Position numbers and translations under genes: made by a program. This document shows, piece by piece, positions 27,626 through 32,000 of a stretch of DNA of 32,000 nt; position 1 is the stretch's first letter; each line of letters begins with the position of its first letter. The stretch is taken from assembly GCA_016933055.1 (NCBI GenBank), contig JAFGBS010000004.1, forward strand, positions 90,001 through 122,000, read 5' to 3'. Origin of the DNA: Promethearchaeota archaeon. Its GTDB lineage: Archaea > Asgardarchaeota > Lokiarchaeia > Sigyniarchaeales > Promethearchaeaceae. The notes below the pieces were generated by a model. It was given only the letters and a program-made list of their open reading frames with translations, did not search any database and was not told where the DNA came from.

Positions 27626-28168
27626 TCAATCTTCCGCCATAATTGGATATTCGTTTTTGTCCAAGGTTAATGCTTTTTTACAAACTGGACAAGAAGATTT
27701 CATCTTAATCCATTCCCTGAAATGGTCGCTGTGTCCTTTAGCTTCACAAATGGGACACTGCAATTCCGAATCAAATATCTCAATAGGTTTGCCACAAACT
27801 GCACAACGTAATCTCGACATTATATGGATTTTTAAAATAAATTTATTCGCGTCAAGTATTGCATCCATAGTATTATCGTTATTAGGAATAATTTGTTTCA
27901 TGTCTTTACGGTCTGCTTGATAACAGATTACAACTCCCTCGGTGGTATTTTCCTTGTTACCTACCCATATCACATCTCCTTGAGAAAATACACGTCCTTC
28001 ACGTAGGAGCTGGATTTTAAGCAAGTTTGACTCCATCACATAAGTTTGAATTACTTTTGTAAATTTTAATCCTTGGACATTACTAGTGATAGTCTGAATA
28101 ACCGCTCGAGGACTTTTCAACAATGCTGCTTTGATGGGTATATCCAGTTGTTTACCTTTTTTAGCCAT
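27626..28168 (-). CDS. RING-finger (E3 ligase-like) protein with uncharacterised N-terminal domain (likely start ATG 28168)
   Basis: CAVC-x12-CPIC-x4-H-x2-H-x3-W-x6-CPVC. Confidence 0.8.
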   Translation of the reverse strand: MAKKGKQLDIPIKAALLKSPRAVIQTITSNVQGLKFTKVIQTYVMESNLLKIQLLREGRVFSQGDVIWVGNKENTTEGVVICYQADRKDMKQIIPNNDNTMDAILDANKFILKIHIMSRLRCAVCGKPIEIFDSELQCPICEAKGHSDHFREWIKMKSSCPVCKKALTLDKNEYPIMAED

Positions 28169-28268
28169 TTTAATCCTCAATATACATTTTCTAAGTTTAT
28201 GTAATTACATTGAAAATATTGTGCTAAATTAATTGTGATTTAGTGGAACGTATAGTATTATTTTAGAC

Positions 28269-28393
28269 AAACTTGGACATCCCCATCGATATCCGTTGTC
28301 TGCACCATCCTACGCGCGAGGGGGGAAATGGAAAGGTACATAGCAATTGCTAATAGGACATCTGATAAACTACATCTATATTTGTCCAAGTTT
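28269..28393. repeat. 125-bp element bounded by 11-bp perfect inverted repeat (AAACTTGGACA / TGTCCAAGTTT)
   Basis: Repeat read directly; internal CCCCATCG/CGAGGGG pairing and TAGCAATTGCTA palindrome. Confidence 0.6.
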
Positions 28394-28434
28394 TGCTTGA
28401 CATTGTTTTACGGTTGCACGATCTCCAAAAATTC

Positions 28435-29139
28435 TTAATCTTCAGTATCAACATTCGGTTCAAAACCATGTTTTCCTATTAAAGGTACAAAAACAACACT
28501 TGAAACAACTTTTTCGGATATTTTTCCTTCCGATTTGGTCAAGATCAGCAATTTTTGAGACCATCTTTGTCTTCCAATAGGAATACATAAAATTCCCCCA
28601 TCAATGAGTTGCTCAATTAAAGGATCTGGTATTCGGGGTCCTGCAGCAGTAACTAATATTTTATCAAAAGGAGCTACATCAGGATAACCCAATGTCCCAT
28701 CCCCCCATATTACTGTCACCATCTCTTCTAACTGTACTTTTTTAAGATTAGAACGTGCAAAATCAGCTAATTCCTTAATTCGTTCTATACTGTACACATG
28801 TCCAGATTTATTATTCCGAGAAACAATGTACGCAATTAATGCTGCGTGATATCCCGATCCCGTCCCGATTTCCAGCACCTTGTCTCCTGGTTCCAATTTT
28901 AATAACTCACACATCATTGCATTCATATGTGGGGCGGATATTGTCTGTCCGTTTGATGTTGGAAGGGGTCTATCATCATATGCCCGTGATTGTTGTGCAG
29001 GTGGAACAAATAGCTCCCTAGGTATATTCAGAAATGCTTTCTTTACGGGTTGAGAGTGAACATAACCCAATCGTTCCAAGTGGCTGACCAATTTTTTGCG
29101 TAATTCATCATAATTCGACAATCTAATCCCTCTGCTCAT
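28435..29139 (-). CDS. pcm: Protein-L-isoaspartate O-methyltransferase
   Basis: IPRELFVP, GQTISAPHM, VLEIGTGSGYHAA, GDGTLG, APFDKILVTAA, EQLIDGG, FVPLIG. Confidence 0.97.
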   Translation of the reverse strand: MSRGIRLSNYDELRKKLVSHLERLGYVHSQPVKKAFLNIPRELFVPPAQQSRAYDDRPLPTSNGQTISAPHMNAMMCELLKLEPGDKVLEIGTGSGYHAALIAYIVSRNNKSGHVYSIERIKELADFARSNLKKVQLEEMVTVIWGDGTLGYPDVAPFDKILVTAAGPRIPDPLIEQLIDGGILCIPIGRQRWSQKLLILTKSEGKISEKVVSSVVFVPLIGKHGFEPNVDTED

Positions 29140-30098
29140 TGCGTAGAAAGAAAATTAGAATATCCTCTACCATGTAGAAATGATATTACCTTATTTAAGG
29201 TAGGCATCCCGGTTCTAGCCCCCAATTGGGTCATCTTCATCGCAGCGCATGCATTAGCAAAAATCAAGCTCTTCTGAAGTGTCCATTTTTTTATGATATA
29301 TGCAAAGGTAAATCCCCCACAGAAAGTATCACCAGCACCCGTTGCATCTACCGCTTGAACCTTAAAAGCAGGGGATTCAAATGTATCTTCTTTAGTTAAT
29401 CCGATAGCACCTTTATCACCAAGAGTGATAACTACACATGATATACCCATATTAATGAATTCTTTAGCCGCTTCTATGGGTGAATTCTTTTTTGTAAGTG
29501 CCATTGCTCCCATTTTATTGGGTAGTAACACATCAACAAAATTTAAGAAAGGTTTTAACGCTTTTAAACCACGGATTGCGATTTGACTTTCTAAATCAAG
29601 AGAAATTACTAAACCTTCCTCTTTTGCTAGTTTCATAGCTTCTAAAGTCACATCAGGGTGGATACAAGTCGTGTGGAGAACTTTTGGGCTCTTGAACATA
29701 TCGATATTTAGATCTTCGGGTGATAATTTAGTCGATTGCATGTACGGGCTCTGAATAATAGTTTTTTCACCTGTATCTTTGATAACGAAAATAAAATTTA
29801 CGGCGCTTTTTTTTTCTTTTTGCATCGTGAGGTAATTTGTATTTACTCCCTCATTTTTCATATCCCTAATTAAAAACTCACCTGCATCATCATCTCCAAC
29901 AGCCCCTATAAATGCAGAAGGAACTCCCAAACGGGAAGTAGAAACAACATAATTTGCTGTAACTCCTCCACCGAAATATTCTTCATATATGGAATCAATT
30001 TTTTCATCGGGCTTAGGAAACCAGGGGATGATAGAAACCCAATCTTTCACGATCTCTCCTAAACCCAATATGAGTATTTTATTATTCAAAAATATCAC
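29136..30098 (-). CDS. PfkB/ribokinase-family carbohydrate kinase
   Basis: GGGVTAN, GAVGDDDAG, PNKMGA, VITLGDKG, DATGAGDTF; ATGA overlap with pcm. Confidence 0.93.
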   Translation of the reverse strand: MIFLNNKILILGLGEIVKDWVSIIPWFPKPDEKIDSIYEEYFGGGVTANYVVSTSRLGVPSAFIGAVGDDDAGEFLIRDMKNEGVNTNYLTMQKEKKSAVNFIFVIKDTGEKTIIQSPYMQSTKLSPEDLNIDMFKSPKVLHTTCIHPDVTLEAMKLAKEEGLVISLDLESQIAIRGLKALKPFLNFVDVLLPNKMGAMALTKKNSPIEAAKEFINMGISCVVITLGDKGAIGLTKEDTFESPAFKVQAVDATGAGDTFCGGFTFAYIIKKWTLQKSLIFANACAAMKMTQLGARTGMPTLNKVISFLHGRGYSNFLSTQ

Positions 30099-30160
30099 AT
30101 CTTAACTTGAGTGATATTAATGTATTTCAAAAGTTAGAAAAATATATGGATAGAATTGAT

Positions 30161-32000
30161 CTATTTTTCAATCTGATTTACTAATCGATCCAATTCTTCA
30201 TCCAAGTCTGCAATTTTAAATTGATCCACTTTCATCTCAAAAGAAGCATCTTGGGAATATTTACTTGGAGTTACAGTGCCAATCACCACTAAGTCAATCA
30301 TGTAGAGATTATCAATAATTTCTTTCTCAAAATCTGGATAGTCTTGATCTTGCCTTTTCACATGGATAGTTAATGCATCTTGATGAATCAAATTCTCTGC
30401 GTCTTCTCCAAAAAACGTTAAGGGTATTGTTCCAGTGTTATCTTCCAAAATAGAGGAAAGTATCATCCTATGTTCTGACTTTATGGGCCCTTCTTCACAA
30501 GTACAATTCGTTTTCTCAAATGAGATATTTTTCAAACATTTTGCGCAGGCTTCATAAGTGAAAATACGATTCACCTTGGAAATATGACCTTTTACTTCAT
30601 ATTTACCTTCTTTATCAATAGTAGCAATTGGTTGATAAGATCCTGAAAATTGTAAAGGTTTTGAAGATTGACTCGGTGAATAAAAATCCGATACTATATG
30701 CGGCTCGGTTAAAGTAAAATCAACATTTCTTTCTAATGCTGAATAAGTTCCGAATGACGCTGTGGTAGCTCCCATTCTACTCTTTTTAATTCTAGCACGT
30801 GTAACTCTAATTGATTCTCCCTCACTAAGGTCTGCAAATTCTTCAGCTTGATCTTCCCAAAATGAGAGTTGAATTGCTCCTGTATTATCACTGACATGAA
30901 TAGAAAACACTTTTAGACTTTTACCCTCAGATGTTGTAATGGTCTTTAAAGGATCGGGGATTTGGGTTATCTGTCCTTCAAAAGAATACATTCCCTCTTT
31001 TTCTAATAGTTCTTCAATTGGTTTTATAGAATTAATAAACGAGGAATGATCCTTATTTTCTATAGATAATAGGGAGGATGGACGAAACACGAGTTCTGAT
31101 CGGTCTTTATCTTGATAATATGGCTGCACACTTAAATTTTCCAGCTTAATTTTATTCCCAATATCCGTATTTTCTAATTTTTCAGTATCTTTTCCCCAGA
31201 ACACAATAAAAATGGATCCTGTATGGTCTTGAAGAAGTATTCTTTGTACTTTTCCCTCCTCTCCTCCTTCGCGTGCAAATTTACGGACATCACTTTTCAT
31301 TCCTATCTCTCCAATAACTGATGCGCGATTAAATGAAGAATCAATATCTCCTATAGGAACTATTTCAAGAGGTTTAGCTTGTTTCTTAACAGACAATTTC
31401 GATCCATTTTTAAAGGTCAATTCCAGTTTTTCAGGATCATTATATTGAGGTTTCGCTATGAGGTTTTGTATTAACACAGTAGCCCCTTCTTGAACATTCT
31501 CCAAAATTTCTGTATCATTTTCCCAAAAAACTACGGGAATACTTCCCGAATCATCTTGAATAATTATTCTTTGAACATTTAAATCCTCATTAGTTGCTTT
31601 TTTTTTTACTGTACGTTTTTCAAATATTCGATCAATAACTCCCTCAACTGTAACCATATTTTTATTGATAGATGTATTAGGTGTGATCTCAGAAATTTTA
31701 ACTTTAAATTGTGAATGATCTAGGACAGGATATTCTGAAGGATCAACATCTAATGGTGAAATTTCAACATCTCCTCGTAAACCTACATGAATTTCTAAAT
31801 TTTGATCTCGATTACGTCTAATTTGTCCATTTAAAACTCGAACCAAAGAATTGATCTTAAAAGAATCATCTAGAATTCGATTTGCCCGTTCATCCCATAA
31901 TAGTACTTTTATTTGTTTTTTTGAATCATATATCCAAAACGAGCTAAATTGACCTTGTTCTCCACTTTTTCTTTTAAAGGTTCGAATATCAGAAAAATCT
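30161..32000 (-). CDS. Replication protein A large subunit-like (multiple OB folds plus C-terminal Zn-OB); 5' end lies beyond the window
   Basis: Frame stays open from 31846 to the window edge (DFSDIRTFKRKSGEQGQF...VLLWDE); at least five OB repeats (D.SG.I..vFW); CAKC...CTC zinc site. Confidence 0.9.
   Translation of the reverse strand, partial: DFSDIRTFKRKSGEQGQFSSFWIYDSKKQIKVLLWDERANRILDDSFKINSLVRVLNGQIRRNRDQNLEIHVGLRGDVEISPLDVDPSEYPVLDHSQFKVKISEITPNTSINKNMVTVEGVIDRIFEKRTVKKKATNEDLNVQRIIIQDDSGSIPVVFWENDTEILENVQEGATVLIQNLIAKPQYNDPEKLELTFKNGSKLSVKKQAKPLEIVPIGDIDSSFNRASVIGEIGMKSDVRKFAREGGEEGKVQRILLQDHTGSIFIVFWGKDTEKLENTDIGNKIKLENLSVQPYYQDKDRSELVFRPSSLLSIENKDHSSFINSIKPIEELLEKEGMYSFEGQITQIPDPLKTITTSEGKSLKVFSIHVSDNTGAIQLSFWEDQAEEFADLSEGESIRVTRARIKKSRMGATTASFGTYSALERNVDFTLTEPHIVSDFYSPSQSSKPLQFSGSYQPIATIDKEGKYEVKGHISKVNRIFTYEACAKCLKNISFEKTNCTCEEGPIKSEHRMILSSILEDNTGTIPLTFFGEDAENLIHQDALTIHVKRQDQDYPDFEKEIIDNLYMIDLVVIGTVTPSKYSQDASFEMKVDQFKIADLDEELDRLVNQIEK

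Noticed and set aside
27626-27628. TGA stop of the RING gene as possible selenocysteine
   Set aside because: It follows a complete domain, read-through gives only a short low-complexity tail, and no SECIS-like element was recognised
28269-28393. 5S rRNA (similar length, paired ends, GCGAG...GGGAAA stretch)
   Set aside because: The conserved loop C (CCCAUCCCGAAC) and GAAGUUAAG motifs are absent on both strands
28328-28438. 36-codon ORF (MERYIAIANR...) after a G-rich SD-like run
   Set aside because: Unremarkable composition, lies within the structured element, and has no clear promoter

Overview
AT-rich archaeal chromosomal window, most likely from an Asgard archaeon (Lokiarchaeia/Promethearchaeum-like). 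This assignment is inferred from the archaeal 16S rRNA plus roadblock, MglA-like, V4R, RING and RPA32-type genes; no database search was run. The window is mostly housekeeping: a stand-alone 16S rRNA gene closed by a canonical bulge-helix-bulge stem, SRP RNA, five intron-less tRNAs (Leu-TAG, Ala-TGC, Glu-TTC, Asn-GTT, initiator Met), a translation/ribosome-biogenesis operon (aIF2beta, DUF424, NMD3, Rio1, Dim2), tsr3, a YchF-family GTPase, ThiI-like and TtuA-like enzymes, ftsZ, a thermosome subunit, RPA subunits, pcm and a PfkB kinase. The best leads are: (1) an operon of tandem roadblock, a DENN-like protein and an MglA-like GTPase, possibly a complete GAP/GEF/GTPase switch; (2) a B12-dependent radical SAM gene flanked by two small ORFs missing from the ORF track, a 36-aa secreted or RiPP-like peptide and a 41-aa single-TM protein with weak OST4-like similarity; (3) a group II chaperonin with three degenerate ATPase motifs, followed by a second tandem-roadblock gene coupled to tsr3; (4) an unexplained 125-bp structured element bounded by inverted repeats. 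No CRISPR array or transposase was seen.
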